DNA of 63,162 bases, the filler included, from Craspedostauros australis (Eukaryota): the NCBI GenBank assembly GCA_030167865.1. It is 11 parts of 11 records of this genome, joined end to end, with 100 filler letters (N's around TTAATTAATTAA, not from the genome) between each part and the next. Parts side by side here need not be neighbours in the genome. Positions count along the whole stretch, not along the records: positions 33,281 to 36,197 come from JALAGF010006534.1; positions 36,298 to 40,377 come from JALAGF010006535.1; positions 40,478 to 42,983 come from JALAGF010006536.1; positions 43,084 to 50,679 come from JALAGF010006537.1; 7 more parts are not named here. One strand, given 5' to 3'. Numbering within the stretch: the first letter of the stretch is position 1; every line of letters starts with the position of its first letter. The position numbers and the translations under genes were made by a program. Positions 33,281 through 45,244 of this stretch are shown here, piece after piece. Below the pieces are notes generated by a model. The model was not told the origin of the DNA. It saw nothing but the letters and a program-made list of their open reading frames with translations, and ran no database searches.

Positions 33281-36197
33281 TAGCACAACGCTTTATTCAC
33301 CTGATTCGTTTTCTGATTAGTCTGTCCTTGTATGTGCTGAAACGATGCTTTACTCCGACACATGCTTTTTGGCATAAGAGGGACACACTAGAGAGAACAT
33401 CAGAGATTCGGTCTGGCCACCACCCGGCAAACATATGATGCCCAATTCGACCTGATATACTTCCCAACTAAACCTGAAATGACAACACACCCGACGACCT
33501 CAAGCATCATCAATGGAATGTAGAATCGACAGAGCCATGGAACGGTGATGAGTGACGTCGACACAGAAGACATCATCGCCACATCATGGGTCATCTCCAC
33601 ATCAGAACAAGATCGGATTCGAGGTGCAATGACTGAGAGCTGACCTTGAAGACAACAACACGAGATACAACTCAATGAAGATAACATAGAACCAGAAGTC
33701 ACTCAACCCAAACAGTGTCTTCACTCAACAGCTCGTCACCCTCGTCCTGAAAGACTTGATCTCTCTTGAAGGACTCGTGTGATTTCGCTGTGTACGATAA
33801 CGAGATAACAGATTAACAGTCGCAAGCACTACGTCCTGACCTGACTGAGTGACCCCCCCCTCCAACCCACCGAGCTGATCCCATCAGCACCGAACCGATT
33901 GCATCACGTGACGACGTGAAGCAAGAACCGAACAACAACAAGAGCCTCCCAAGGCAGCGCACACGAACACACCGAGCACAGCGTATCCGCTTCTCCGTGA
34001 CGAACCGAACAAACGAACACACCGAGCACAGCGTATCCGCTTCTCCGTGACGAACCGAACCGAACAAGATGACAGAACCCACCGACCCCATCACCGTACT
34101 GAACCACGTCCTCAAAGCCGTGGGTATCTCCGACGACTCCGACCATCGCCGCGTTATCATCGACGCAGCGGTGGAGAACGTTGACGACCTCACCTTCCTC
34201 ACCAAGGAAGACCTCGACGGTCTTCATCGCGACATCACTCCCACCACGGGAGACCCATACTCATGCCGATTGACCGCGTTGCACATTCGCAAGATCCTCG
34301 CACTCCCAATGTGGCATGACGCGCAAGCTGGCGACGGCGACTCAGTCTGGCTTGACCTGAATGCTGCGAGGCTCCAGACCTTCATGAGAGCTGAACTCAA
34401 GAAGCGCGTGGATGCCTCCATGCCGACACCCGAACCCACCATGTCANNNNNNNNNNNNNNNNNNNNNNNNNNNNNNNNNNNNNNNNNNNNNNNNNNCGTA
34501 TCCGCTTCTCCGTGACGAACCGAACCGAACAAGATGACAGAACCCACCGACCCCATCACCGTACTGAACCACGTCCTCAAAGCCGTGGGTATCTCCGACG
34601 ACTCCGACCATCGCCGCGTTATCATCGACGCAGCGGTGGAGAACGTTGACGACCTCACCTTCCTCACCAAGGAAGACCTNNNNNNNNNNNNNNNNNNNNN
34701 NNNNNNNNNNNNNNNNNNNNNNNNNNNNNNNNNNNNNNNNNNNNNNNNNNNNNNNNNNNNNNNNNNNNNNNNNNNNNNNNNNNNNNNNNNNNNNNNNNNN
34801 NNNNNNNNNNNNNNNNNNNNNNNNNNNGCTGCGAGGCTCCAGACCTTCATGAGAGCTGAACTCAAGAAGCGCGTGGATGCCTCCATGCCGACACCCGAAC
34901 CCACCATGTCATCCATGGTGACACCACCACCACCACCACCTGAACCTGTCTCTGATGGAGCCGCTGCCTTCGACAAGGGCATCAAGTGGAACCTCAGCGA
35001 CTATCCGATCCTGAAGAGCGATGATCAGTTCATGATCTTCGACCGACGTCTCCGAGCCACCGCTGCAGCGCNNNNNNNNNNNNNNNNNNNNNNNNNNNNN
35101 NNNNNNNNNNNNNNNNNNNNNNNNNNNNNNNNNNNNNNNNNNNNNNNNNNNNNNNNNNNNNNNNNNNNNNNNNNNNNNNNNNNNNNNNNNNNNNNNNNNN
35201 NNNNNNNNNNNNNNNNNNNNNNNNNNNNNNNNNNNNNNNNNNNNNNNNNNNNNNNNNNNNCAACAAGGCTCAGCTGATCCAAGAGGAGATCCGGAACCTC
35301 AAGCTGAACCACTCCTGGAACGGCAGCCGCGAAGCCTTCGTGAATAGCTGGCTCAGCAAGATCAACGACCTCGAAGAGATTCAGGATGCACCTGTCTCTG
35401 AGGACTGGAAGCTCCAGTGGCTCAAGGAGGCCATCACCCCTGATGCTGACCTCTTCCGTTCCCTTGACGACGCCGATGCTCTCCAGAGTAACTTGGCGTT
35501 GGCAACAGGAAAGACCAACTTCAGGTTGGACTTCGATGCCTTCCTTGGCGTTGTTCGCAGATCCGCACAGCGCAACGATCTCCGCGTCCCACGCAACAAG
35601 ACCAAGCGCAGAGTCAATAACACAAACAAGGAAGCAAGTAACAACGAGAAGAAGACCAACCAATCCAAGAACAAGAACACGAACAAACGAATCCCAGACA
35701 ACGAATGGAAGCAAATGACCTGGGATCAGAAGAAGGCCCACATGCAGTCCAAGGGTACTTGGGATCCCAAGTACACCAGGGATGCATCAAACAAAGAGGC
35801 CAACAAGACATCCACCACTGGCAATGGGGGTGGTGGGCAAACCAAGTCCGCCTCGACCTCAGGCAACGCCGGTTCTGACGAACTCCCCGGCGATGCCATC
35901 AAGCGCATGCTGGCCAATGCCACGACCAACACCAACACTTCCGACGAAGTCACCATCCAGGGCAAGGTCTACCGTGCTGTCCAGGCCACAGTCCTGCAAT
36001 ACAGCTTCAACAAGACCGATGTTGCGAAGTCCGGTTCCCTGATCGACAGCGGTGCGAATGGAGGATTGGCAGGCGATGATGTCACTATCATCAGCCGTAC
36101 CAACCATACCGCAGACATCAGCGGAATTGGAGACACCGCAATCGTCAACCTGGACATCGGAACGGTCGCTGGACTCGTCATGTCCACCGAAGGACCT
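33281..36197 (+). mobile_element. 5' part of a second Copia element: LTR end at 33810, PBS, gag from 34069, protease
   Basis: ...ATAACA followed by a tRNA-complementary tract; Gag-like FDKGIKWNLSDYPIL; protease LIDSGANGGLAG. Gapped, with a duplicated gag start. The LTR start is not resolved. Confidence 0.85.
33811..33832 (+). promoter_or_regulatory. Primer-binding site complementary to an internal (anticodon-arm) segment of a tRNA-Asn(GTT)-like sequence
   Basis: The reverse complement GTAGTGCTTGCGA-CTGTTAA-TC reads as D-arm end, anticodon stem and a CT-GTT-AA loop. Confidence 0.7.
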
Positions 36198-36339
36198 NNN
36201 NNNNNNNNNNNNNNNNNNNNNNNNNNNNNNNNNNNNNNNNNTTAATTAATTAANNNNNNNNNNNNNNNNNNNNNNNNNNNNNNNNNNNNNNNNNNNNAGG
36301 TCATGAAGGTACCTATTCTGTCGTGTTGTATCGTGCGTT

Positions 36340-36700
36340 AGATTCAGTTTTTGGGATGCGACATGGATGCGACTCATCACTAACTCCAAATTTGATTTTG
36401 GCGAGCGGCGAAAATGTTCTTTTTTCCTCTCTCAGACGGACTCACAGCAAGGCGCTCGAAGCTGAACTCAGACGTGCCTACAGTCGTGCGAATTGGCCCA
36501 CATTTCGACTGTTTTTGGCCCCAATTGATTGCACGCAGTTTCTCGCGGTGGACTTGGAACAAATGGTGTGGAGGAGCAAAACTGCACCAGCATGCGATGG
36601 TACGTACGTGCACTGCGCTGTGCCATACGACACTAGTGTCTCGTGGCTTGGGTGGAGGCCATTTTTTTTGGTAACCATTGGTAACAATTGGTAACTAGTC
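36340..36700. repeat. Dispersed repeat; inverted copy at 50800-51070 and inverted partial copy at 38422-38482
   Basis: The shared translation SGENVLFSSLRRTHSKALEAELRR reflects DNA identity. CTAGTGTCTCGTGGCT at 36633 is the reverse complement of 38467-38482. Confidence 0.75.
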
Positions 36701-39014
36701 GTATGAGTCAATTTCGCCGTAGACGCTGGTACATTTTGTACGTCAGTCCCACACGAAGTGGCCCCAAAACTACCATTTTTGACACAAATCTCCTTGGCAA
36801 GTCCATGCCGCTCCGTTTGTTTGAGCTCTCCTTTGGTGAGCACTATCACGTGTGGCTTTTAATCATCCTCTCCAACTTTGATGGCGGTTGGTTGGGTAGT
36901 GGTTGAGATCTGTTTGTTTCTTTGGAGCAGGCACTCGTTGACCCCATTCACGAATGCCAATCACAGCGATGTATCGTGGCGAATTTCTCTGTGCCCCAGC
37001 GCGTGTTAACACATGGTTGAAATGATCACAAAACATTGTGGTGCCAACCAATGTGTTCTTCACATGCTATGATCAGTTCCTTATATCTTGTTGTCATCCA
37101 TTGCGACTTCGTTCATCGTATTGCGTTGTAGTTGATTATGGTTGATAAGTTCTGCAATAGCGTTTTGGTTCTACTTCGGAATACCGTACACCAGCAACCG
37201 TCTTGGCAACAACAACTTGGATGCATGTGTATCGTTGCACCCTTCCTGTTTGGGAAAGCAATGATCCCTTGGTTAGCAGCAGCACACAAAAGCAGTCCAG
37301 AATAGAGCAGAGTCGACTGTTTCACACTGAGGAGTTCAACCTCGCCATTGTCTCACTGCTCTTCTTTGGATCTTCCGCATCGCTGAGCATGTGCAACTGT
37401 GCCGCGCAAAATTTCCACGCCATGTGCGCGCATTTTCGCATGTGTCACGTGTGCAATGTAGAGGCCAATGTTCGATTGGCCATAGTTGCGCTGGAGATCG
37501 TATAGAACATTAGGCTACCTGCACAGAACGGTTCGAACGCGGATTGATAGAGCACGATTAGCGACTGCGTCAACGACCCCACCCATCGCATGAGCGCAGG
37601 ATAGGTAGCTATTCTTCGCGAGAGTGTAACAACCACTGCCAATGAAGACAGTTGTGGTGCGTGATCAGGAACTGATGTTTCCTCGCGAGGATAGTACGCG
37701 ATGAAGTGACGAAAAACTTGCAACTGATATATCTTTGGAGGAAGTGAAGGACGAAGACCAATACTACATGGGGAGGTAAAGGAGAGGATACTGCGTCGAC
37801 TGAAAGAAACGGCACGATGATCCGACGTCAGGGCGATGCACAACCTTGCATAAAGTAAAGAGACTCCTGCGAACAAAACAGTTCGAATCAACAACACGTA
37901 AACACGCGCGATATTTTTTGGCGCGAACTTTTGTGCGTTCACGGATTGATGATCATGGCTGTCACGAGCATTAGTGACTAACTTCAAACACCCAAAACAA
38001 CACACAAACGCATTCCGGACCACTGACCAACACACCACCCAAAGCAGAATGAAGTGACGAATTCAGCCATGCCATTCACTTGAACAATAGACGAAACAGA
38101 ATTGGATGCGGGTCTTTGGAAGACAGTCGGTCGAGATTGGACCAAGAAGCAATAAATTATTGTACCAGAACGTCGTAGACTCTACGTGGTTACCAATGGT
38201 TACCAACGAAAAAATTCCGAAATCACGTCCATACGTCGTCCGTATGAAAAAGGCCGATAAAGGGTAAAAAGAGGCATCGAGATGAACATGAAGCGGAGAC
38301 CGTTTGCCTACAATGAACACATCAACAGAGAGCTCTCACTCTCCTCTTTCTAATATTGTCAAGATGTCAGGAAACGGGCATCAACTCATCGAATGGTTGT
38401 TTGTGCCGTCGGCGATATGCCAATGGTTACCAATAATTACCAATAATTACCAAAAAACCGGAAATTAGCCACGAGACACTAGGATGGGATGAAGGTGCAG
38501 AGCTATCAGCATATTCCACCAGGTATAGTGAGATGCTACTTTTGCCTTTGCTGATGCTGGTAGTACTTCGTGAGCGCGGGAACTGTGATCAATGGCAGGT
38601 TCGGTGTAAAATGATCTCGCGCGTTCCACGTGTGGTCTCTCATTTCATACAAGGGTCACGAGACTCTGTGACAAGATAGGTGCAGGAGGATAAGGGTCCC
38701 GTTCTGCGAAATAAAGTCAGCTGGCGACTACGGCACATTCCTGATGTACGCTGCTGTGCTCTTCTCGAGTTGGTGAGTTTCCGTTCGTTGCGCCTCTCCT
38801 GGAGGATTTGATGTTCGTTGTTGTTGTGGAAGTTTGTGAGCTCATTTTGCTCTTTTCTTGATCATGTTTCATTCCTTTTCCTGGTTTTGTTCCATGTCGC
38901 ACCCAAAGAATCGCTCTGTTCTACCTCTGATTTTGGTGGACATACAGACGTAGTATATGGTTTTTTGTTAGAAACCTGTGTGGAACAGAACCAATTCAGG
39001 CGCTGCGCTCGCGC

Positions 39015-40377
39015 ATTGTGGACTGCTTTGTGCCTGTCGATACGCGTTCCCAGAAGAATCGGTTCTGGTGGGCCACAAAACTGCGGAGTGGCTCTGCGAG
39101 AACAGAATGATGTGCCGCACTGAACACAAGAAGGGGAGTACAGCAGTATATCACATCATATAATGCATCTGTTTTTTATCCTACCTGCCCACATTTGCAT
39201 TATTTGCACATCGGAGGCTGATCACGTTCGATCTTGTGATGGATCGGCTGACTTCCGCAGAATCAACATTCCACCGTCAATTCCAACCGTCAACGATGGT
39301 GTTGCATCCACAAGGTGCGCTTGGTGGTCAGCGGCGCAGGCAGACTTGGAGTGCAAGGATTGTCAGCATTGTTACCCTCATAAGATAGGTATGACGATCA
39401 GTTCCATGGTGCGTTATCGTCTCCAGAGTTGTTGTGGATCAAAGACAAGGAACAACAACGTGCTGACCGTTTGGACACCATTTTGTGGATTGGGTTTAGG
39501 GTTATTGTATTGGTTTGATAGCAGCGTCGCATACGACAGCGATTCTTCTTGGTGCTGTGGAAACACAGCTCCAATCTTGCTCTAGGCGAAGACATCGATG
39601 CTGACATGTGTGTGTGATTTTTTTTGCGCCTATGGATTTGGTAACATCACTTGCTCTCGCTGATCGTCGTCATTCTCCGTTGTCNNNNNNNNNNNNNNNN
39701 NNNNNNNNNNNNNNNNNNNNNNNNNNNNNNNNNNTTCCGGAGTGTTTTGTGTGTGCCAACACACATTCCTCAGAGAATCGTTTCTGGCGCGCCACAAAAC
39801 TGCGGAGCGGCTCTGCGAGAACAGAATGATGTACCGCACTGAACACAAGAAGGGGAGTACAGCAGGAGATCATGTAATACATCTGTTTTTTATCGTACAT
39901 GCCCACATTTGTATTATTCGCCCATCGGAGGCTGATGAGGTTCGATCTTGTGATGGATCGGTTGACTTCCGCAGAATCAACATTCCACCGTCAATTCCAA
40001 CCGTCAACGATGGTGTTGCATNNNNNNNNNNNNNNNNNNNNNNNNNNNNNNNNNNNNNNNNNNNNNNNNNNNNNNNNNNNNNNNNNNNNNNNNNNNNNNN
40101 AGGTATGACGATCAGTTCCATGGTGCGTTATCGTCTCCAGAGTTGTTGTGGATCAAAGACAAGGAACAACAACGTGCTGACCGTTTGGACGCTATATTGT
40201 GGATTGAGTTTAGGGTAAGTGTATTGGTTTGACAGCACCGTTGCATAGAACAACAATTCCTCTTGGTGCTGTGGAAACACAGCTCCAATTTTACTCCAGG
40301 CGAAGACATCGATACCATCGTGTGTCTTTTTTTTGCGCCCATGGATTTGGTATCATCACTCGCTCTCGCTGATCGTC
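39015..40377. repeat. Diverged tandem duplication, period about 720 bp
   Basis: 39015-39684 and 39735-40377 are colinear with many substitutions. Confidence 0.85.
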
Positions 40378-40481
40378 NNNNNNNNNNNNNNNNNNNNNNN
40401 NNNNNNNNNNNNNNNNNNNNNTTAATTAATTAANNNNNNNNNNNNNNNNNNNNNNNNNNNNNNNNNNNNNNNNNNNNGCCA

Positions 40482-42890
40482 ATGGTCAAGCATCAAGGCC
40501 AAACACCCATCGAAAGATTCACAGGTGCACAGGTCAGACCACAGCTGAAACACTTCCACACATTCGGATGCCCAACATACGTACTCAACTCAAGGCTGGC
40601 ATCAGGAGGAAGCCAACCCAAGTGGCTATCACGCTCACGGCTCGGCATCTACATCGGCATCTCACCAGTTCACGCCAAGTCAGTTGCTCTGATACTCAAT
40701 CCAAGAACCGGATTGGTCTCTCCTCAATTCCACATCAAATGTGACGACATGTTCCAAACTGTGGCTCCAGACATGGACAACAACCACAGCAAATGGAAAC
40801 AGCTAGCAAAGCTAAGTCCACAGCTGGGCCACAGCAAGAGCAAGACAAAACGCATCACGATGCCCGAGGGAGCTCCTGAACAATACATCAACAAGCAATC
40901 AGCGACTGTGGCAGAACCCGACACCGAGGAGACTCTGCAGAACCAAGACATCGAGACTGATGCCATGGTGGACGAGAGACTGCAACAGAACGCACCAACA
41001 ATGGATCAGAACCAGATCGGCATCGGTGAGCAACCATCAGATATCGGAGAGGATGGCGCGGTTGCAGGGCAACACCCCACAACGGCACCAACAGGCCTCA
41101 GGCGATCGAGCAGGAACAGAACACCATCGCGCAAGGTATTGGAGAACATCGAGACAGGCGTAGTCGCCATCCCAGCGGCATACGAGGTGGCCAACTACCA
41201 TCTTGACCATGACAGCTTCGACCCTACGGCATATGATGACCCACTAGCATTCGCAGCCAGTGCGGACCCAGATACGATGTACTATCACCAAGCAATGGCA
41301 CAGCCGGATCGAGACAAATTCAAAGAGGCCATGCAGAAGGAGATCGATGCACATCACGACAACGGTCACTGGAAGCTGATCCCACGCACACAGGTTCCCA
41401 AGGAGCACAAGGTGTTATCATCGGTATGGTCCATGAAACGAAAGAGACGGCTCAAGACGAGAGAGGTATATCGATGGAAGGCTCGGCTGAACGTCCATGG
41501 CGGTCAGCAGGAGAAGGGAGTGAACTACTGGGAAACCTACGCCCCAGTGGTCACTTGGATATCCATCCGGCTGGTCCTCATACTCAGCATCATGCTCGAC
41601 TGGCACACCAAGCAGGTGGACTTCATCCTGGCATACCCGCAGGCTGACGTTGAGACCACCATATACATGGAAATACCTACTGGAGTGAAACTACAAGGGG
41701 GCGACAACAAGTCCCACGTCCTCCAACTCGTGAAGAATCTGTACGGACAGAAACAGGCAGGGCGTGTGTGGAACGAACATCTGCACAAAGGCCTACTCGA
41801 CATGGGATTCGTGCAAAGCAAATACGATAGATGCGTCTACTACAAGGGAAGGACAATCTTCCTTGTATACGTCGACGACGGCATCCTTGCTGGGCCAGAC
41901 AAGGAGCAAGTGGAAGAGATCCTCGCCAACATGCAGTCCAAATACAACATGACTGACGAGGGAGACATCACAGACTACCTTGGCGTGCACATCACCAAAA
42001 TGGAGGATGGAAGAATCAAGCTGGCACAACCACATCTCATCGATCAACTGGTCGAAGACGTCAACTTCAGGCCAAACACTCGGCCTCGCGACACACCAGC
42101 ACAATCGACCACCATCCTCAACAAGGACGAAGATGGACCACCACACAATGCAGCATGGCACTACAGATCAGTGATTGGAAAGCTCAACTTCCTTGAGAAA
42201 TCCACGAGAGGAGAGATAGCATATGCAGTGCACCAGGCAGCCAGATTCTGCCAAGACCCAAAGAAATCGCACACCAATGCAGTCCATCACATCATACGAT
42301 ACCTGAGATCAACCAGAGACGAGGGAATCATCCTCGATCCCAAGGACAAGGGTTTCGAATGCTATGCAGACGCAGACTTTGTGGGACTATGGAACAAGGA
42401 GACAGCGGCAACAGACCCCAGCACATCCAAGTCCAGAACCGGCTACATCATCATGTTTGCTGGATGTCCAGTGACGTGGGCATCCAAGCTACAGACGGAG
42501 ATCGCTTTGAGCACCACCGAGGCAGAATTCATCAGCCTATCCACAGCTCTGCGTGAAGTCATACCCATGATGCACATGCTGCAAGAGATGTGTGACCTGG
42601 GAATCACGCCAAACCGATACAAGCCCAAAGTCTACTGCAAGGCATTTGAAGACAACTCAGGCGCACTCGAAATAGCCAGAATGCCGAAGATGAGACCCAG
42701 AACCAAACACATCAATGTCAAGTACCACCACTTCAGGCGCTACGTTGAGAACAAAATGATCGAAATTCTACCCATCTCATCAGAGGAGCAACTTGCAGAC
42801 CTATGGACCAAGCCATTGTCATCGGACTTGTTCCAACGGTTCACACAGCTCACGATGGGATGGAGACCAGGCGCACCAGCATCCGAATGA
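40482..42890 (+). CDS. pol: Copia pol fragment (integrase C-terminus, RT, RNase H) of a third Copia lineage; 5' truncated
   Basis: FGCPTYVL, SPQFH, KARLNVHGG, WETYAPVV, NLYGQKQAG, YVDD, YADADF and STTEAE; no stops. Confidence 0.95.
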   Translation: MVKHQGQTPIERFTGAQVRPQLKHFHTFGCPTYVLNSRLASGGSQPKWLSRSRLGIYIGISPVHAKSVALILNPRTGLVSPQFHIKCDDMFQTVAPDMDNNHSKWKQLAKLSPQLGHSKSKTKRITMPEGAPEQYINKQSATVAEPDTEETLQNQDIETDAMVDERLQQNAPTMDQNQIGIGEQPSDIGEDGAVAGQHPTTAPTGLRRSSRNRTPSRKVLENIETGVVAIPAAYEVANYHLDHDSFDPTAYDDPLAFAASADPDTMYYHQAMAQPDRDKFKEAMQKEIDAHHDNGHWKLIPRTQVPKEHKVLSSVWSMKRKRRLKTREVYRWKARLNVHGGQQEKGVNYWETYAPVVTWISIRLVLILSIMLDWHTKQVDFILAYPQADVETTIYMEIPTGVKLQGGDNKSHVLQLVKNLYGQKQAGRVWNEHLHKGLLDMGFVQSKYDRCVYYKGRTIFLVYVDDGILAGPDKEQVEEILANMQSKYNMTDEGDITDYLGVHITKMEDGRIKLAQPHLIDQLVEDVNFRPNTRPRDTPAQSTTILNKDEDGPPHNAAWHYRSVIGKLNFLEKSTRGEIAYAVHQAARFCQDPKKSHTNAVHHIIRYLRSTRDEGIILDPKDKGFECYADADFVGLWNKETAATDPSTSKSRTGYIIMFAGCPVTWASKLQTEIALSTTEAEFISLSTALREVIPMMHMLQEMCDLGITPNRYKPKVYCKAFEDNSGALEIARMPKMRPRTKHINVKYHHFRRYVENKMIEILPISSEEQLADLWTKPLSSDLFQRFTQLTMGWRPGAPASE

Positions 42891-42892
42891 AC

Positions 42893-42983
42893 GAGGGAGT
42901 GTGGGATAATATGGTATCCGAGAATCACATACGGGACTCAGTTGGTATCCAAGACACGAATCGATCGACTCGAAGGTATCCGA
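42893..42983 (+). repeat. PPT (GAGGGAG) and start of the 3' LTR (TGTGGG at 42900)
   Basis: The purine tract and TG lie immediately after the pol stop. Confidence 0.8.
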
Positions 42984-44084
42984 NNNNNNNNNNNNNNNNN
43001 NNNNNNNNNNNNNNNNNNNNNNNNNNNTTAATTAATTAANNNNNNNNNNNNNNNNNNNNNNNNNNNNNNNNNNNNNNNNNNNNTTCGGATAGTGTTTGAG
43101 TCAGTGGTGATTCATGAATGAGTGTGGGAGAAGGAGGGAAAAGGGCGATTGTTCCGTATTTGTTGGTTGGGAGGTTTCGCGCCAAAATTTCGCGCCAAAA
43201 TAATTTCAAGGTGCGACAAGGAACACACTGAGTGAAAAGTAGTCCGTTCTTTAGATGAACTTCAACTATTTGGAACAAAATGACGTACTCATTTCGACGT
43301 TACGGGCGTTAGTTCGAGTCGAAACTGTGATGACGTGTTTCTTCTTGTCGTTAAGTGCATGGCAACGTCGCATGTTCCATGTTGAGTGACATCGTCAAGC
43401 TCACGAGTGGTTGGACAGACTTTTTATTTGATATCTTCGTCCCACCTGTTTCAGATCGATGCTGATTCTCACGGTTTCTGGGTCGCAGAGGCATGTTTGC
43501 CAATTCGTCTCGAAAGTGCATTTGGGACACTCGTCGTGCGATGAAAATGAAATCCACTGTATTTGCGTTTTGCATCACGTGTCGCCACACAACACGGCAG
43601 AGAGTCTTTCGTTGCTCATGCGATCCTTTTGCGCTGGTTCGATTCTCGCTTTGTTCTCCGTTCTGCACTGCGCGTTTTTGTTGAGTGACCTTGTGTCATA
43701 CTCCTCTACATCCATCACAGCATCATGTGCACTGCATGCTCTATGCACACCCTACTATTCTACTCTGCATGATGTTGCTTTTCTGCATAATAGATCTGGA
43801 TTGTTTGCCAACTGCTATCTTTGTTATTCTAACATGGTGCACAATCACCTCCATCACTGAATGGGAAAGAATAGCCTTTCGCATCTTTGTCTTCAGGTTG
43901 TTTGTGTGTCGGAATGCGCATAGGTGTATGTGCATTACTCACCCATTGTTCTCTTGCACTCTCTGTGCAAACGGCGCTAACATTCGTGTCATCAATGAAG
44001 CATGATTGAGTGAATCACATCACGAATTTACGCGCGCCAATGTGTTCACCATTTCGGAAGGCAATGGGTGAACAACATTATCTG

Positions 44085-44598
44085 CAAGACACGGGAAAAC
44101 CGACGAAACACGATCAGGCTGAGTCGTGAGTCGGTACGACTTCTCTGCCAATTGTCCTGTTCGGATTGCCTGTTTGACTAAACCGAATACTTGCATGCAG
44201 TAGTTATAACGTTAATTAACGTCTGTAAATTCAAATCAAGACAAATCCTGGTTCAAAAACAAAATAGGTGAAAGTACTCGAGAGTAGGTGAAAGTACTTA
44301 GGACTAGGTGAAAGTACTCCAGACTCGACGAAAGTACTCCAGAGTAGGTGAAGGTACTCAAAACTCGACGAAAGTACTCCCGTTCGTTNNNNNNNNNNNN
44401 NNNNNNNNNNNNNNNNNNNNNNNNNNNNNNNNNNNNNNTACTCCCGTTCGTTGAGGTTGCTGCGCCTTGATTCCTCACGGTTCGTTGGAATTCTGTTCCG
44501 TGTATTGGGAGGCGCGGTAGTTGAATATATGCTAAAATAATGGTGTCCACCTCAAGTCTGATTGGTTGTCACATTCTTGGACATGATGACGTCGGCTG
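44085..44598 (+). mobile_element. Left end of DNA transposon family A (CAAGACACGGGAA...), with GAAAGTACT tandem repeats; second copy starts at 51774
   Basis: Near-identical to 51774-52383 with unrelated upstream flanks; both copies are preceded by CTG. Confidence 0.8.
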
Positions 44599-44771
44599 CA
44601 AGACACGGGAATTTCGCTGAAACTCGATGCCGTTTGCGATCGACCACATCGACTAATCCCCCCAACGGTCCAAACGAACTGTGGTTGGACTCAATGGACC
44701 ACCATTGAATTTGTATTTTAACGTATATAACGTCTTTTAGTTTGAATTCCGAACACCTTCCAATGACAACA

Positions 44772-44874
44772 AGTTCGATGAAAGTACCACCAGTTCGATG
44801 AAAGTACCACCAGTTCGATGAAAGTACGACCAGTTCGATGAAAGTGCCACCAGTTCGATGAAAGTGCCACCAGT
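44772..44874 (+). repeat. 20-bp subterminal tandem repeat (AGTTCGATGAAAGTRCCACC) x5
   Basis: Read directly. Confidence 0.92.
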
Positions 44875-45244
44875 CCGACGACAGTATTGCGACTCCAATG
44901 ACAGCGAGCACCATCCAACGTTGGTCACCACGATTCAATGAACGACTCGTGTCTCAACAAAGATGCAGTTGCAACAAGGCCAATGACAAAAAACAAGACT
45001 CAGAAACAATCCGGCTCGCTCGACACAACAAAGCAGGTCTTTTTGATCAACGGCAACATGAGATCGATCACATCACAGAGGAAGAACTCAGCAACCAGCC
45101 AACCGATTGGCATACCGACATTCACCAAAAAAGGAAGCAAAGGCAGCAGAGACCCTACAGAGCTAGCAACACAACCATTGACAGAACATTGCCAACATAG
45201 CGCAGACCAACTCATCAGTCAACAATACAAGCAGTCAACCAACC

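Noticed and set aside
33377..33390. PPT-like AGAGGGAC upstream of the LTR end, implying tandem Copia copies
   Set aside because: No TG follows it and no second LTR copy is available to define the boundary; the motif is short enough to be chance.
34069..34910. Tandemly duplicated gag N-terminus
   Set aside because: Identical sequence on both sides of a roughly 50-N gap, typical of unmerged contig overlap.
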